Shown: positions 9,301-19,570 of the stretch, in pieces | How the letters are laid out: each line of letters opens with the position of its first letter | Position numbering within the stretch: position 1 is the stretch's first letter | Source of the DNA: an uncultured Actinomycetes bacterium | GTDB lineage: Bacteria > Actinomycetota > Actinomycetes > Nanopelagicales > Nanopelagicaceae | Direction: 5' to 3' | Assembly: GCA_903844115.1 (NCBI GenBank) | Contig: CAIMSI010000007.1 | Coordinates: 1-59,412 of the forward strand | Length of the DNA stretch: 59,412 bases | Translations under genes and position numbers: made by a program | Notes under the pieces: generated by a model | Database searches by the model: none | What the model saw: the letters and a program-made list of their open reading frames with translations, nothing else | What the model was told of the DNA's origin: nothing

Positions 9301-10893
9301 AATACTTCCACCCAAACTTGTTACAAGTTCTTCTCTGATCGCATCTAATGGAGGATTTGTTACTTGAGCAAATAGCTGAGCAAAGTAATCGAAAAGCAAT
9401 CGCGACTTATTTGAGAGCGCAGCAATTGGAGTATCTGTTCCCATTGAACCAAGTGGTTCAAGCCCAGATTTTGCCATCGGGGCGACAATGATTCGCAATT
9501 CTTCTTCTGTGTATCCAAATGCACGTTGGCGACGGACAACCGAAGAGTGCGGATAAATAATATGTTCGCGAGCTGGCAAATCAGCAAGGCGTACAAGGCC
9601 ATCATTGAGCCACTCGCCATAAGGAGCGGCATTTGCAAGCTCATCCTTTATCTCGCCATCTTCAATGATTCGACCCTCTTCAATATCAACGAGGAACATG
9701 CGACCAGGTTGTAGTCGACCCTTTCGCTCAATATTTGCGGGATCAAAATCAAGTACTCCAACCTCGGAAGCCAAGACAACTAGTCCATCTTTTGTTACCC
9801 AATAACGCGAAGGACGCAATCCATTGCGATCAAGAACAGCGCCAAGTTGGAGACCGTCGGTGAATGTCACGCAGGCCGGGCCATCCCAAGCTTCCATAAG
9901 GGATGCGTGGAACTGATAAAAATCTTTACGGTTCTTTGGCATGGTTGTGTGGTTTTCCCAAGCTTCTGGGATCATCATCAAAATTGAGTGAGGAAGAGAA
10001 CGACCACCTAGATAAAGCAGCTCAAGAACTTCATCAAAGGAAGCAGAGTCGCTTCCGGATTGCTCAACAATTGGAAAGAGTCGATTCAGGTCGCCCGGTA
10101 TGAGATCACTTTGAAGTAACGCTTCACGTGCGCGCATCCAATTGCGATTACCTTTAACGGTATTAATTTCACCATTGTGGGCAATGAAACGATACGGGTG
10201 GGCAAGTGGCCATGATGGGAAAGTATTAGTAGAAAAGCGAGAGTGAACAATGGCAAGTGGGGAAACTACACGTTCATCGGAGAGATCTGGGAAGAATTCT
10301 TCTAGCTGCCCAGTTGTAAGCATTCCTTTGTAAACGATTGTGCGAGTAGATAGTGAAGGGAAATAAATCGGATGTGCGTGTTCGGCCCGCTTGCGGAAGC
10401 AAAATGCAAGGCGATCAAGATTGAGGTCCTCTTCGTTGTTCTTTCCAGCCATAAAGAGTTGCACAAACTTTGGCATCACAGATAGAGCAGTCTTGCCAAG
10501 TGTCGATGAATTTGTAGGAAGCTCGCGCCATCCAACAATTACAAGTCCTTCCTCATCGGCTATGTGAGCGAGCGCATCTAACTCGGAAAAAGATTCGTCA
10601 ATGAATGCGATACCGGCGGCGTATTTTCCGGCAGCAGGAAGATCAAAAGTAAGGACTTCGCGATAGAACTGATCGGGAATTCGAATAAGAATTCCTGCGC
10701 CATCACCACTGTCTGGTTCAGCTCCCGAGGCGCCGCGATGTTCTAGATTTCGAAGTGCAGTAAGGGCTTGCGAAACAATTTCATGCGTTGCTTTTTTATT
10801 CAGAGTTGCGACCATTGCAACGCCACAAGAATCTTTTTCGTTTGCAGGATCATAAAGACCTTGTGCTGATGGAACCGTGCTGAATTGGCTCAT
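6385..10893 (-). CDS. gltB: Glutamate synthase large subunit
   Basis: About 1500 aa. Ntn-amidotransferase Cys (KDSCGV), FMN/Fe-S central domain and C-terminal GXGXG beta-helix. I chose the ATG at 10893 (MSQFSTVP...), preceded by GACAGGAG, over the TTG at 10929 used in the ORF track. Confidence 0.93.
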   Translation of the reverse strand: MSQFSTVPSAQGLYDPANEKDSCGVAMVATLNKKATHEIVSQALTALRNLEHRGASGAEPDSGDGAGILIRIPDQFYREVLTFDLPAAGKYAAGIAFIDESFSELDALAHIADEEGLVIVGWRELPTNSSTLGKTALSVMPKFVQLFMAGKNNEEDLNLDRLAFCFRKRAEHAHPIYFPSLSTRTIVYKGMLTTGQLEEFFPDLSDERVVSPLAIVHSRFSTNTFPSWPLAHPYRFIAHNGEINTVKGNRNWMRAREALLQSDLIPGDLNRLFPIVEQSGSDSASFDEVLELLYLGGRSLPHSILMMIPEAWENHTTMPKNRKDFYQFHASLMEAWDGPACVTFTDGLQLGAVLDRNGLRPSRYWVTKDGLVVLASEVGVLDFDPANIERKGRLQPGRMFLVDIEEGRIIEDGEIKDELANAAPYGEWLNDGLVRLADLPAREHIIYPHSSVVRRQRAFGYTEEELRIIVAPMAKSGLEPLGSMGTDTPIAALSNKSRLLFDYFAQLFAQVTNPPLDAIREELVTSLGGSIGPEHNLLDPGPQSCQQIALDFPVIDNDELAKIIHVNAEGDREGFHSHVVRGLFPVAGGGEALRARIEEIRAEVSQAIKDGAHIIVLSDRDGDSEDAPIPSLLLTSAVHHHLIREKTRTQVGLVVETGEVREVHHIALLIGFGAAAVNPYLAMESAEDLVRQGVIKGITPEKAVANLIKSLGKGVLKVMSKMGISTIASYTGAQVFEAIGLSKEVVDEYFVGLTSRLGGVSLDVIAEETIKRHHIAYPPGGEVPGSKKLQIGGEYQWRREGEPHLFDPETVFTLQHSTRAKRYDVFKRYTSRIDNQSKELMTLRGLFTFKEGLRPPISIDEVEPISAIVKRFATGAMSFGSISQEAHENLAIAMNRIGGKSNSGEGGENPDRYEKDANGDWRRSAIKQVASGRFGVTSNYLVNADDIQIKMAQGAKPGEGGQLPGNKVYPWVAKVRYSTPGVGLISPPPHHDIYSIEDLAQLIHDLKNANKNARVHVKLVAEVGVGTVAAGVSKAHADVVLISGHDGGTGASPLTSLKHAGAPWELGLAETQQTLMLNGLRDRIVVQVDGQMKTGRDVVIAALLGAEEFGFATAPLVVSGCIMMRVCHLDTCPVGVATQNPELRAKFSGKPEFVETFFEYIAEEVREWLAKLGFKTLAEAIGQVEVLDTKQAVNHWKASGLDLAPLLLAPTVTGERKNTTIQDHGLAAALDNELIVLADSALTKGEPVRIAKEVRNVNRTIGTMLGAEVTRRYGEEGLPAGTIDITLHGSAGQSLGAFIPRGLLLRLYGDSNDYVAKGLSGGRVIVRPDEKATFKSEENIIAGNVIGYGATSGEILIRGIVGERFCVRNSGATAIVEGIGDHGCEYMTGGQVLVLGRTGRNFAAGMSGGRAFVLDLDERLVNPDMVDVLALPADQEENVLQMLTVFFTETGSVIAKAILDDWQEAKNRISLVMPRDYARVIAAMERAQRDGLDVDKVVMEAI

Positions 10894-11012
10894 GCGCGCA
10901 AACTCCTGTCTCAAACCGATGACTTGCAATCGGGACGACAGTGGCCCTAACCCGCTAGCGGGATTTAAACCTATTCTGAGGAGTGCTCAGAACCGGTGGG
11001 AAAGGGTAGCAA

Positions 11013-11720
11013 CTAGATGCCAGAAAGGTGAACTAAAGATCCGATTCCAGCGGTGATGGCCATGCCCAATGAGCCGCCAATAACCACACGAAGAATCGTA
11101 GGGAGTAAGGATGAGCCAGCTAATCGTGAGCTGATGAAGCCTGTCCCTGCTAAGCCAAATACCGTGAAGACCACAATGCTTGTGACCTTAGCCCCCATAG
11201 ATGGAGCCAGCGCGCCAAGAAGTGGAACTAATCCTCCGGTTGTGTAGGCAATGGCTGAAGCTACAGCAGCCTGCACAGGGCGAGCTTTTGTATGTTCAAA
11301 TTGCCCAAGCTCATCACGCAGGTGCGCTTCCAGTGCGTCTTTCTCATGCATTGCTTTGGCGACTTGCTCCGCCAAATCACGGGTCAATCCGCGTTGTATA
11401 TAGATATGTGTAAGTTCTTCTAATTCACCCTCTGGATCTATTTCAAGATGCTTGGCTTCAATGCGTCGATCCGCTAATTCGATATCCGTTTGAGAGCGAA
11501 CCGAAATGTATTCACCAACAGCCATCGACATTGCTCCCGCGGCAATTCCCGCACAGCCACCCGTAAAGATGAAATCACTTTTGCCAGCAGCCGATATACC
11601 AATCATCAACGAAGCAGTTGCCACGAGGCCATCATTTGCGCCCAAGACTGCAGCACGCAACCAGCCAGCTTTGTGGACCTTGTGATCAAGATTGCGTTGA
11701 AAGACATCATCCAGACTCAT
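11013..11720 (-). CDS. VIT1/CCC1-family iron/manganese transporter
   Basis: 235 aa. The AAVLGANDGLVATASLMIG motif and a C-terminal set of TM helices are typical of the VIT family. Confidence 0.8.
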   Translation of the reverse strand: MSLDDVFQRNLDHKVHKAGWLRAAVLGANDGLVATASLMIGISAAGKSDFIFTGGCAGIAAGAMSMAVGEYISVRSQTDIELADRRIEAKHLEIDPEGELEELTHIYIQRGLTRDLAEQVAKAMHEKDALEAHLRDELGQFEHTKARPVQAAVASAIAYTTGGLVPLLGALAPSMGAKVTSIVVFTVFGLAGTGFISSRLAGSSLLPTILRVVIGGSLGMAITAGIGSLVHLSGI

Positions 11721-11729
11721 GAGAGAACC

Positions 11730-12530
11730 TTAGCGCGAGGCCTTCATCTTGCGATACAAGAAGTAGCTTGCGACACAAAACCCAATCCCACTCACCCATA
11801 TATTAATTCGCAAACCCAGCAGCAGATGAGCCGAATCGATGCGTAAAGATTCAATTCCAAGCCTGCCAAGACAATAGAAGGCTATATAGCCTAGAAAAAG
11901 AGAGCCGGGCTTGAGTGATCTGTTACGTGAAAGGAAAAGCAAGAGAGCGGCTCCCAACACACACCACAGCGACTCATAAAGAAACGCAGGGTGAAACGTT
12001 TGGAAATTTTCATAACCCACTGGTCGCTCATTTATAGGCACGGAGAGCGCCCAGGGAAGGCGCGAAGGAGTGCCGAAAAGTTCTATGTTGAAATAATTTC
12101 CCCATCGCCCAATGCCTTGAGCAATAAGTAATCCGGGGGCCAGTGCGTCAGCAAAATGCAGAAAAGAAAGAGAGCGTTTCTGACGAATAAAAACTTTGTA
12201 TGAAACAAGTGTTCCAAGTGCTATTGCTCCCCATATTCCCATTCCACCTTCCCAAATCTTGAAAGCATCCAGAGGGTGACCATTGCTACCGAAATATGCA
12301 TCGGGTGAAGTAACAACGTGATAAAGACGACCGCCAATGATGCCACTTGGGATGGCATAAAAAGCCACATCCATAATCTCTTCTGGGTTTCCACCTTTGC
12401 GGGCATAAAAATAGCGCCCGATAAAAATAGCACTCAATATCCCTAGCAAGATGGTTAACGCATAGAAATGAATTGTTATAAAACCAAAATGCACCGCGCT
12501 TACCGTTGGGGACGGTATAAAGCGGTGCAT
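11730..12530 (-). CDS. lgt: Prolipoprotein diacylglyceryl transferase
   Basis: 266 aa membrane protein with the Lgt signature GRWGNYFNIELFG. Confidence 0.92.
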   Translation of the reverse strand: MHRFIPSPTVSAVHFGFITIHFYALTILLGILSAIFIGRYFYARKGGNPEEIMDVAFYAIPSGIIGGRLYHVVTSPDAYFGSNGHPLDAFKIWEGGMGIWGAIALGTLVSYKVFIRQKRSLSFLHFADALAPGLLIAQGIGRWGNYFNIELFGTPSRLPWALSVPINERPVGYENFQTFHPAFLYESLWCVLGAALLLFLSRNRSLKPGSLFLGYIAFYCLGRLGIESLRIDSAHLLLGLRINIWVSGIGFCVASYFLYRKMKASR

Positions 12531-12541
12531 TAGATTAATTC

Positions 12542-12568
12542 TGATTTACCTGGATTACCTGGATTACT
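12542..12568. repeat. 3 imperfect tandem copies of a 9-bp unit (tgatttacc/tggattacc/tggattact)
   Basis: Read directly from the sequence. Spans the stop codon of the DsbA-like gene (12564-12566) and ends about 12 nt upstream of the lgt start (12530). Confidence 0.85.
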
Positions 12569-13235
12569 TCACCCCATCCGCAGCAAGGTAGGCACTGAAT
12601 TTCTTCACATCAAGGTAGTTTGTAGTAGGCATTAACTTGCCATTAACAAAGACAGTTGGCGTTGAATTAACACCTTGCTTTGTTGCATCTGTTTCAATGT
12701 TCGAAAGCCATCCCTCGTACTTGGATGACTTCACACACTCAGAAAAATTCTTATCCTTGACTCCAACTCCGATCCCAAGGATTGTTAGTACCTGAGCATT
12801 CCAAAGACCTGAATTTTCTGTTTTAGGCTGGTTTGCATAAAGAGCGGTGTGGAATTCCAAAAATTTACCAGCATCCGAAGCGCACCCAGCAGCACTCGCC
12901 GCGAGAATAGATTCTGGCCCAATGAATGACATTGGATGAAATACTGCTTTGATTTTTCCAGCGGTTACAAGAGAATTTATATACGAGCTATTTACAGCTT
13001 CGAAATTGCGGCAATTAGGACATTGGAAGTCTTCCCAAAAATCAACACGTACTTTTGCATTTGGATTAAATGTAATTCCATATCCATCTGCTTTTACTGC
13101 AGCAACAGGCTTTGCAGAAGAATTAGTTGAGTGGGAAGAGAAGAGCGACGCTCCTACTCCGGCAAGTACGACGAGCAAAACCATTCCAATCACAATATTG
13201 CGAGTGATTTTATCTCCGCCTTTTTGCTGAGCCAT
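12564..13235 (-). CDS. Membrane-anchored DsbA-family thiol:disulfide oxidoreductase
   Basis: 223 aa. N-terminal TM anchor, thioredoxin-fold CxxC (FQCPNC) and a DsbA-like C-terminal half (TPTVFVNG). GGAGGA RBS. Confidence 0.8.
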   Translation of the reverse strand: MAQQKGGDKITRNIVIGMVLLVVLAGVGASLFSSHSTNSSAKPVAAVKADGYGITFNPNAKVRVDFWEDFQCPNCRNFEAVNSSYINSLVTAGKIKAVFHPMSFIGPESILAASAAGCASDAGKFLEFHTALYANQPKTENSGLWNAQVLTILGIGVGVKDKNFSECVKSSKYEGWLSNIETDATKQGVNSTPTVFVNGKLMPTTNYLDVKKFSAYLAADGVK

Positions 13236-13303
13236 CTATATCCTCCTGTTGAACCCGAGTGGGGTATGTATCTTAAAAGCCTGCGCTTAATTTACAGTAG
13301 AAA

Positions 13304-14098
13304 TTAGCGCCGTACTCCTTCAGCCAGTGATTTGGCTAGTTCACGCACGCGAATCAGCCCCTCACCCATTGATTGGCTCTCCTGGAGTAGGCGAATAAAA
13401 GCTGAGCCGACAATCACGCCATCGGCGTATTGAGCAACTTCGTGAGCTTGATCGCGAGTGGATACTCCTAAACCAACAGCAACCGGAGTTTGTGAAACCT
13501 GACGTACGCGGCCTACCAAATCACGAGCAGAAGTTGAATCCGAAGTGCGGGTACCAGTAACTCCCATGAGGGAAGCTGCATAAATAAATCCGCTGCACTC
13601 GGCCGTAACTTTGGCCAGACGCTCATCTTTGGTGCTCGGTGCTACAACAAAAATACTATTAATTTCCTCTTTTTGAACTGCTTCTCGCCAAGGCGTTGCC
13701 TCTTCAACAGTTAAATCAGGAGTGATAACTCCAGATCCTCCTGCTTTGGCAATATCTCGAGCAAAATTTTGCGCACCATAACGTTCGATGGGATTCCAAT
13801 ATGTCATTACGACCGCTGGTGTACCAGTGGATGCAACGGCTTCTAAAGTACTAAATACTTCTTTAGCTCCCGTTCCCTGAGATAGAGACAGTTCGGCTGC
13901 GGCTTGAATAATTGGACCATCCATTACGGGATCGCTGTATGGAAAGCCGATTTCAATCGCGTCGACTCCGCCTTCAACCATCGCAGAAATCGCATCAATA
14001 CATTCTTGCTTGGAAGGAAATCCAGCAGGTAAATATCCAATCAATGCAGCGCGGTTCTCAGAACGTGTTTTCTCAAAAAGAGCGGAAAGCGGCGTCAT
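13304..14098 (-). CDS. trpA: Tryptophan synthase alpha chain
   Basis: 264 aa with full-length resemblance to TrpA (IEIGFPYSDPVMDGPIIQ). Immediately follows trpB. Confidence 0.95.
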   Translation of the reverse strand: MTPLSALFEKTRSENRAALIGYLPAGFPSKQECIDAISAMVEGGVDAIEIGFPYSDPVMDGPIIQAAAELSLSQGTGAKEVFSTLEAVASTGTPAVVMTYWNPIERYGAQNFARDIAKAGGSGVITPDLTVEEATPWREAVQKEEINSIFVVAPSTKDERLAKVTAECSGFIYAASLMGVTGTRTSDSTSARDLVGRVRQVSQTPVAVGLGVSTRDQAHEVAQYADGVIVGSAFIRLLQESQSMGEGLIRVRELAKSLAEGVRR

Positions 14099-15307
14099 TT
14101 ATAGAGGCAATCCGAAGTAGCGTGCAGCAGTATCAACATCTTTATCGCCACGTCCGGAAAAATTTATAAGAAGGGTTGCATCAGGACCAAGTTCGCGCCC
14201 AAGCTTCATTGCGCCATACAAAGCGTGTGCCGTTTCAATTGCAGGAATAATGCCCTCTGTTTTGCACATGAGAGAGAATGCTTCCATAGCTTGATCATCA
14301 TTAACTGGCTGATATTCGGCTCTACCAATATCGCTGAGATAGGCATGCTCTGGTCCCACACCGGGATAATCTAAACCAGCGGAAATTGAATGAGATTCAA
14401 CAGTTTGGCCATTTTCATCTTGCAATACATAGGAACGTGTTCCATGTAGAACTCCAGGAGTTCCTCCGGAAATTGTTGCTGCATGCTTTCCAGATGCGAT
14501 ACCACTGCCACCGGCTTCAAGCCCAATGAGTCGAACGCTTAGGTCATCTAAGAATGGATGGAAAATTCCAATTGCATTTGATCCCCCGCCGACACAAGCA
14601 AGGACCGCATCTGGAAGTTTGCCAGTAAGTTCAAGAACCTGAGCGCGCGCTTCAACGCCGATGATTCGATGGAAATCTCGAACCATGGTTGGAAATGGAT
14701 GTGGGCCAGCAACAGTGCCAAGAAGATAATGAGTGGTCTCGACATTTGTTACCCAATCACGCATTGCTTCATTAATTGCATCTTTTAAAGTTTTTGATCC
14801 CTGAGTCACTGGAACAACCTGTGCGCCAAGTAATTTCATCCTAGCAACGTTGAGTGCTTGACGCTTTGTATCTTCCTCGCCCATGTACACAACGCATTCA
14901 AGGCCCATAAGGGCAGCAGCGGTTGCTGAGGCAACACCGTGCTGGCCTGCGCCAGTTTCAGCAATGATTCTTTTCTTACCCATCCGCTTCACAAGGAGAG
15001 CTTGACCAAGAACATTATTAATCTTGTGGCTTCCCGTGTGATTGAGATCTTCGCGCTTCAAGATAATTCTTGCTCCGCCTGCATGCTCTGCAAAGCGAGG
15101 TACCTCAGTAATTATGCTTGGTCGGCCGGTATACGTTTTGTGAAGGTAATCAAGCTCGGCAATAAAAGCTGGATCTACTTTTGCTTCTTCATATGCAAGG
15201 GTCAATGAATCGAGCGCTTCAATCAATGCCTCAGGAACAAATCGTCCGCCATAGGGACCAAAATGCCCGAGAATATCTTCTTGAACTACAGTCGATTTCA
15301 TCGTCAT
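14099..15307 (-). CDS. trpB: Tryptophan synthase beta chain
   Basis: 402 aa with the PLP-lysine motif [11 protein letters not shown]. Confidence 0.96.
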   Translation of the reverse strand: MTMKSTVVQEDILGHFGPYGGRFVPEALIEALDSLTLAYEEAKVDPAFIAELDYLHKTYTGRPSIITEVPRFAEHAGGARIILKREDLNHTGSHKINNVLGQALLVKRMGKKRIIAETGAGQHGVASATAAALMGLECVVYMGEEDTKRQALNVARMKLLGAQVVPVTQGSKTLKDAINEAMRDWVTNVETTHYLLGTVAGPHPFPTMVRDFHRIIGVEARAQVLELTGKLPDAVLACVGGGSNAIGIFHPFLDDLSVRLIGLEAGGSGIASGKHAATISGGTPGVLHGTRSYVLQDENGQTVESHSISAGLDYPGVGPEHAYLSDIGRAEYQPVNDDQAMEAFSLMCKTEGIIPAIETAHALYGAMKLGRELGPDATLLINFSGRGDKDVDTAARYFGLPL

Positions 15308-16095
15308 AAACTACCAGTTTGCCCGCGGCCAAGAAGTCGAGATATGGCCTCGCCCGGATTACCAGCTTTCACCAATGTTTCACCGACAAGTATTGCGTTG
15401 CCGCCTAACATTTCAATGTGTTCAACCTCATGTCTTGTGGAGATACCTGATTCGGCCACTCGCACGACCTTCGGTGGAATCTCGGGGATTAGCTCGTCAA
15501 AAATCCGAGCATCTAAATCCAAAGTTTTTAGGTTTCTAGAATTCACTCCGACAATCGATGGTTCAATGGCGAAGGCTCTCTCAAGTTCATCGTGGTTATG
15601 AACTTCAACTAATACATCCATACCAAGTTCAGTAGCCATTTGATAATAATCTTCGTATTGAGTCTGACTTAAACCCGCGACGATGAGTAAAAGTAAATCT
15701 GCTCCCAGAATTCGAGATTCGAGAATTTGAAATTCAGTAACTATAAAATCTTTCCGTAGAACTGGAAGATCGATTGCCGATCGCACTTCTTCGAAATCCT
15801 TGATGGAGCCTTTAAACCTTCGTTCTTCGGTAAGCACACTCACTACCGATGCTCCCCCGGCCTGGTACTGCTCGGCTAATTTTCCTGGACTTGCAATATC
15901 AGCAAGTTCACCTTTACTTGGCGAAGAACGTTTTACTTCCGAAATGACATGTGTGCCGGGTTGGCGAAGAGCAGCAAGGGCTCCTCGCAATTTCGGGGCA
16001 CCATCTAATCTTTCGCGAAGTTGTGAGAGTGGAACTTGGCGAGCCTTCACATCTTCAAGCACGCCTTCGATGATTGAATCAAGCACTGTGCTCAC
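15304..16095 (-). CDS. trpC: Indole-3-glycerol phosphate synthase
   Basis: 263 aa with TrpC-like motifs ([15 protein letters not shown]). 4-nt overlap with trpB. Confidence 0.93.
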   Translation of the reverse strand: MSTVLDSIIEGVLEDVKARQVPLSQLRERLDGAPKLRGALAALRQPGTHVISEVKRSSPSKGELADIASPGKLAEQYQAGGASVVSVLTEERRFKGSIKDFEEVRSAIDLPVLRKDFIVTEFQILESRILGADLLLLIVAGLSQTQYEDYYQMATELGMDVLVEVHNHDELERAFAIEPSIVGVNSRNLKTLDLDARIFDELIPEIPPKVVRVAESGISTRHEVEHIEMLGGNAILVGETLVKAGNPGEAISRLLGRGQTGSL

Positions 16096-16238
16096 AGGGT
16101 TGGATCTTCGCCTTCATTGAGTGAATTCCACGGTGTGCGAGCTTTGCGTTCATAGCGAGAAGGATTTTTCTTCTTACTCTTGCGCGTCAATAGAAAAATA
16201 GCGGCAGCTAACATTGTAATTGGCAGCAACGCTTTCAT
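16092..16238 (-). CDS. 48-aa single-TM miniprotein translationally coupled between trpE and trpC (below the ORF-track size cutoff)
   Basis: Its ATG (16238-16236) overlaps the trpE TGA (ATGA). Its TGA (16094-16092) overlaps the trpC GTG (GTGA). Translation: [48 protein letters not shown]. It occupies the slot held by the Trp-region membrane protein in other actinobacteria. Confidence 0.6.
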   Translation of the reverse strand: MKALLPITMLAAAIFLLTRKSKKKNPSRYERKARTPWNSLNEGEDPTL

Positions 16239-17728
16239 GATTTTAATGCTTTCATCGAATTGGCCGACGCAATCGCATTGAGTACAGCAGCGGCTTTATT
16301 GCGACATTCAGCTTCTTCACTTTCAGGAATAGAATCCGCGACGATGCCTGCTCCGGCTTGAACGTAAGCTTTTCCATCTTTAATAACAGCGGTTCTAATC
16401 GCTATGCAAGCATCAATATTTCCTCGAAAATCTAAATATCCGATTGTGCCGCCATAAATTCCTCTACGTGTTGGCTCATTTTTTTCGATAATTTCCATTG
16501 CTCGAGGTTTCGGCGCACCCGACAAAGTTCCAGCGGGGAAAACAGCGTATAACGCATCAACTGGTGAATGGTTTTTGCCAAGTTTTCCAACAACTGTAGA
16601 GACAATATGCATTACATGTGAGTAGCGCTCAAGATGCATGAATTCGATAACTTCTACCGAACCCGGCTCGCATACGCGGCCTAGATCATTTCTACCCAGG
16701 TCGACGAGCATCAAATGTTCTGCGCGCTCCTTAGGATCTGCTAAAAGTTCTTCACCGCGCTTGTTGTCTATTTCGGGATTTTCAGAGCGTGCTCTTGTTC
16801 CGGCTATCGGATGGATAAGAACTTCTCCGTCATGAATCTTCACAAGGGCTTCTGGGCTTGAACCCACGATGTCCAAACCATCATGGAAACGAAAGAGATA
16901 CATATAAGGACTTGGGTTTTGTAACCTCAGCGCGCGATAGACGTCATATGGGGCGGCAGTGCAGTCCATTGTGAATCGTTGAGATAGAACGACTTGGAAT
17001 GCCTCTCCTGATCGAATTTCTTCTTTGATGAGATCAACTTTTGCGCAATATTCCTCTGAACTCATGTTACGACTAAATACTGCTTCAGGTTTCTGCGTCG
17101 GCAAAGTTATATGAGCAGGAAGGGAAGTATTAGCTTGCTTCGTCATTTTTTCGAGTCGTCGCATGGCATCTTCATATGCCTCATCGACTCTTTCATCACT
17201 TCCATCCCAATTTATTGCATTCGCAATGAGGGTAAGCGAGCCTTCGAAGTGATCAAATATGGCAAGGTCAGATGTAAGCATGTAAGAAATTTCAGGAATC
17301 TCAACGTCTTTCACTGATAGCTCGGGAAGTTTTTCTAATCTGCGAACAATTTCATAACCCATATAACCGACTAATCCTCCGGTTAAAGGACCAAGTTCTG
17401 GAATACGTGGTGACTTCAAATGCGAAGCGGTAATCCGCACAGCTTCGAGTGGATCAATGCCTTGTGGCGCTCCAGCTGGTGCGTTTCCAATCCAAGCGGC
17501 GACTCCATCGACTTCCGTCAAAGTAGCTACGCTATTAACTCCAATGAATGAGTAACGTGACCACACCCCACCGTGCTCAGCAGATTCCAACAAAAAAGTT
17601 CCAGGCCGGTCATCTGCAAGTTTGCGATAGAGCCCAAGTGGCGTCTCACTATCAGCAATAAATTTTTGCCATACGGGGATTACGTTGAAACTTTTTGCAT
17701 AGTCGCGAAATTGCGTCAAAGTCATCAT
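16235..17728 (-). CDS. trpE: Anthranilate synthase component I
   Basis: Chorismate-binding enzyme with full-length resemblance to TrpE. I chose the ATG at 17728 (MMTLTQF...), which overlaps the hisI TGA (ATGA), over the upstream start in the ORF track. Confidence 0.93.
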   Translation of the reverse strand: MMTLTQFRDYAKSFNVIPVWQKFIADSETPLGLYRKLADDRPGTFLLESAEHGGVWSRYSFIGVNSVATLTEVDGVAAWIGNAPAGAPQGIDPLEAVRITASHLKSPRIPELGPLTGGLVGYMGYEIVRRLEKLPELSVKDVEIPEISYMLTSDLAIFDHFEGSLTLIANAINWDGSDERVDEAYEDAMRRLEKMTKQANTSLPAHITLPTQKPEAVFSRNMSSEEYCAKVDLIKEEIRSGEAFQVVLSQRFTMDCTAAPYDVYRALRLQNPSPYMYLFRFHDGLDIVGSSPEALVKIHDGEVLIHPIAGTRARSENPEIDNKRGEELLADPKERAEHLMLVDLGRNDLGRVCEPGSVEVIEFMHLERYSHVMHIVSTVVGKLGKNHSPVDALYAVFPAGTLSGAPKPRAMEIIEKNEPTRRGIYGGTIGYLDFRGNIDACIAIRTAVIKDGKAYVQAGAGIVADSIPESEEAECRNKAAAVLNAIASANSMKALKS

Positions 17729-18054
17729 TTGGTGAGCTCCCGATGAAAGCAAGTGCGCTCTCCCGTGTGGCAGGCAGAACCTTGTTGATGAACTTTCAAC
17801 AGAATTGCATCGCCATCGCAGTCATAGGAAATTGAAATCAAATCCTGCGTATTACCGGAAGTCTCACCTTTGACCCAAAGAGAATTTCGACTTCTGCTCC
17901 AATAGGTAACCCGCTTTGTTTCTAGAGTTTTTTCTAACGCTTCTTTGTTCATCCACGCCAACATAAGGATTTCACCCGTTGAGCTCTCCTGGGCAATTGC
18001 AGCCACAAGCTCATCTTTCAAAAAGCGTTCTTGAATCTCAGGAGGGAAGTTCAC
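17725..18054 (-). CDS. hisI: Phosphoribosyl-AMP cyclohydrolase
   Basis: 109 aa. HisI motifs ([17 protein letters not shown], and [10 protein letters not shown]...[12 protein letters not shown]). Confidence 0.92.
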   Translation of the reverse strand: MNFPPEIQERFLKDELVAAIAQESSTGEILMLAWMNKEALEKTLETKRVTYWSRSRNSLWVKGETSGNTQDLISISYDCDGDAILLKVHQQGSACHTGERTCFHRELTK

Positions 18055-18078
18055 AGGGATATTCTGCCGTATAGGGTG

Positions 18079-18840
18079 CTAACGACGGACCGAATAACCG
18101 CTGGCTGCCAAGAACTCCTTCACTGCAGAGATAGTAAATGTCCCAAAATGAAAGACGCTGGCTGCAAGCAACGCGTCAGCGCCAGCATCAAGTGCGGCTG
18201 CAAAATCCTCGAGCTTGCCTGCTCCTCCGCTAGCGATAATTGGAACCGAAACGACAGATCGCGCAGCCCGAATCATTTCTAGGTCAAAGCCATCACGAGT
18301 TCCATCGGCATCCATTGAATTAAGAAGAATTTCCCCGGCCCCACGATTAACTGCTTCACGCATCCATTCAAGAGCGTCCATTCCCCCACTGTTTCGCCCG
18401 CCATGAGTTGTAACTTCATAGCCAGAGGGTGAATCTGCGCGCCGAGCATCTACAGACAACACGAGAACCTGATTGCCGAATCTGGCCGAAATTTCATCAA
18501 TTAATTCCGGGCGTTTAATCGCGGCAGTATTAATCGAAACCTTATCGGCTCCAGCTCGAAGCAATTGATCAACATCTTTAACTTCTCTAATTCCACCGCC
18601 AACTGTTAATGGAATGAAGACTTGTTCGGCTGTTTTTTGAACCATCTCCAGAGTTGTAGCCCGGTTATCTACGCTGGCAGAAATATCCAAAAAAGTTAGT
18701 TCATCCGCGCCTTCTAAACCCTATCTTTTTGCCAACTCAACGGGATCCCCGGCATCAATCAAATTCTCGAAATTAATACCTTTAACTACCCGCCCTTGAT
18801 CCACATCCAAGCAAGGAATAATTCTTTTCGCTAAAGTCAT
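18079..18840 (-). pseudogene. hisF: Imidazole glycerol phosphate synthase cyclase subunit HisF, interrupted by an in-frame TAG at codon 40
   Basis: The frame from ATG 18840 reads [62 protein letters not shown]... and runs in the same frame into the 203-aa ORF 18079-18690. The TAG (18723-18721) replaces the conserved Tyr of the ELAKxY motif. Confidence 0.85.
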
Positions 18841-18847
18841 TTGTGGA

Positions 18848-19570
18848 TCAACTCGTAGCCGCTAGAGCTTGCTCCAGCGTAAACGCGCCGGCATAGAGTG
18901 CTTTACCTACAATTGCACCTTCAACCCCAATTTGCGTAAGAGCGCGTATAGCCATCAAATCAGCAAGAGTTGATACTCCTCCACTTGCAACCACGGGCTT
19001 TGATGTCACCGCACAAACTTCCTTGAGCAATTCAAGGTTTGGGCCAGTCAATGTTCCATCTCTAGCAACATCAGTGACAATATATCTAGCACAGCCATTT
19101 CGATCTAATCTTTCAATAGCTTCAAAGAGATTTCCTCCCTCACGAGTCCACCCACGCGCAGCAAGTGTGTGGCCACGCACATCAAGTCCAACAGCAATGC
19201 GATCACCAAATTCAGCAATAACTTTCTCTGTCCATTGCGGATCTTCCAGTGCTGCAGTACCCAGATTTATTCGCTTGCACCCCGTTGCCAGCGCTCGGCG
19301 CAGAGTTTGGTCATCACGAATTCCACCCGAAAGTTCTACATTTATATCAACCGATGCAATCACCTGCGCCAAAAGGTCTGCATTACTACCAATTCCAAAC
19401 GCTGCATCTAGATCTACTAAATGAATCCATTCGGCCCCAGCCTGCGCAAACTCTTTTGCCACATCCAGGGGACTTCCATATTGGCTTTCTTGCGACAACT
19501 CACCTTGCACTAATCGCACAGCCAAGCCGCCTTTGACATCGATAGCAGGCAATAATTCAAGTTTTTTCAT
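18848..19570 (-). CDS. priA: ProFAR/PRA isomerase (HisA; PriA-type in actinobacteria)
   Basis: HisA-family barrel ([10 protein letters not shown]...). I chose the ATG at 19570, which overlaps the hisH TGA (ATGA). No trpF is present in the trp cluster, which is consistent with a bifunctional PriA. Confidence 0.88.
   Translation of the reverse strand: MKKLELLPAIDVKGGLAVRLVQGELSQESQYGSPLDVAKEFAQAGAEWIHLVDLDAAFGIGSNADLLAQVIASVDINVELSGGIRDDQTLRRALATGCKRINLGTAALEDPQWTEKVIAEFGDRIAVGLDVRGHTLAARGWTREGGNLFEAIERLDRNGCARYIVTDVARDGTLTGPNLELLKEVCAVTSKPVVASGGVSTLADLMAIRALTQIGVEGAIVGKALYAGAFTLEQALAATS

Noticed and set aside
10894-10929. 12-codon N-terminal extension of gltB from a TTG start
   Set aside because: The ATG at 10893 has a well-placed GACAGGAG SD and yields the usual short propeptide before the catalytic Cys. 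The TTG has no SD.
18721-18723. hisF TAG as evidence of stop-codon reassignment or pyrrolysine
   Set aside because: TAG clearly terminates pyk (3476), gltD (4928), lspA (27820), ftsZ (34664), rsmH (47965) and dinB (52783) at the expected protein ends. The one tRNA in the window has anticodon CAA, not CUA, and no pyl genes are present.
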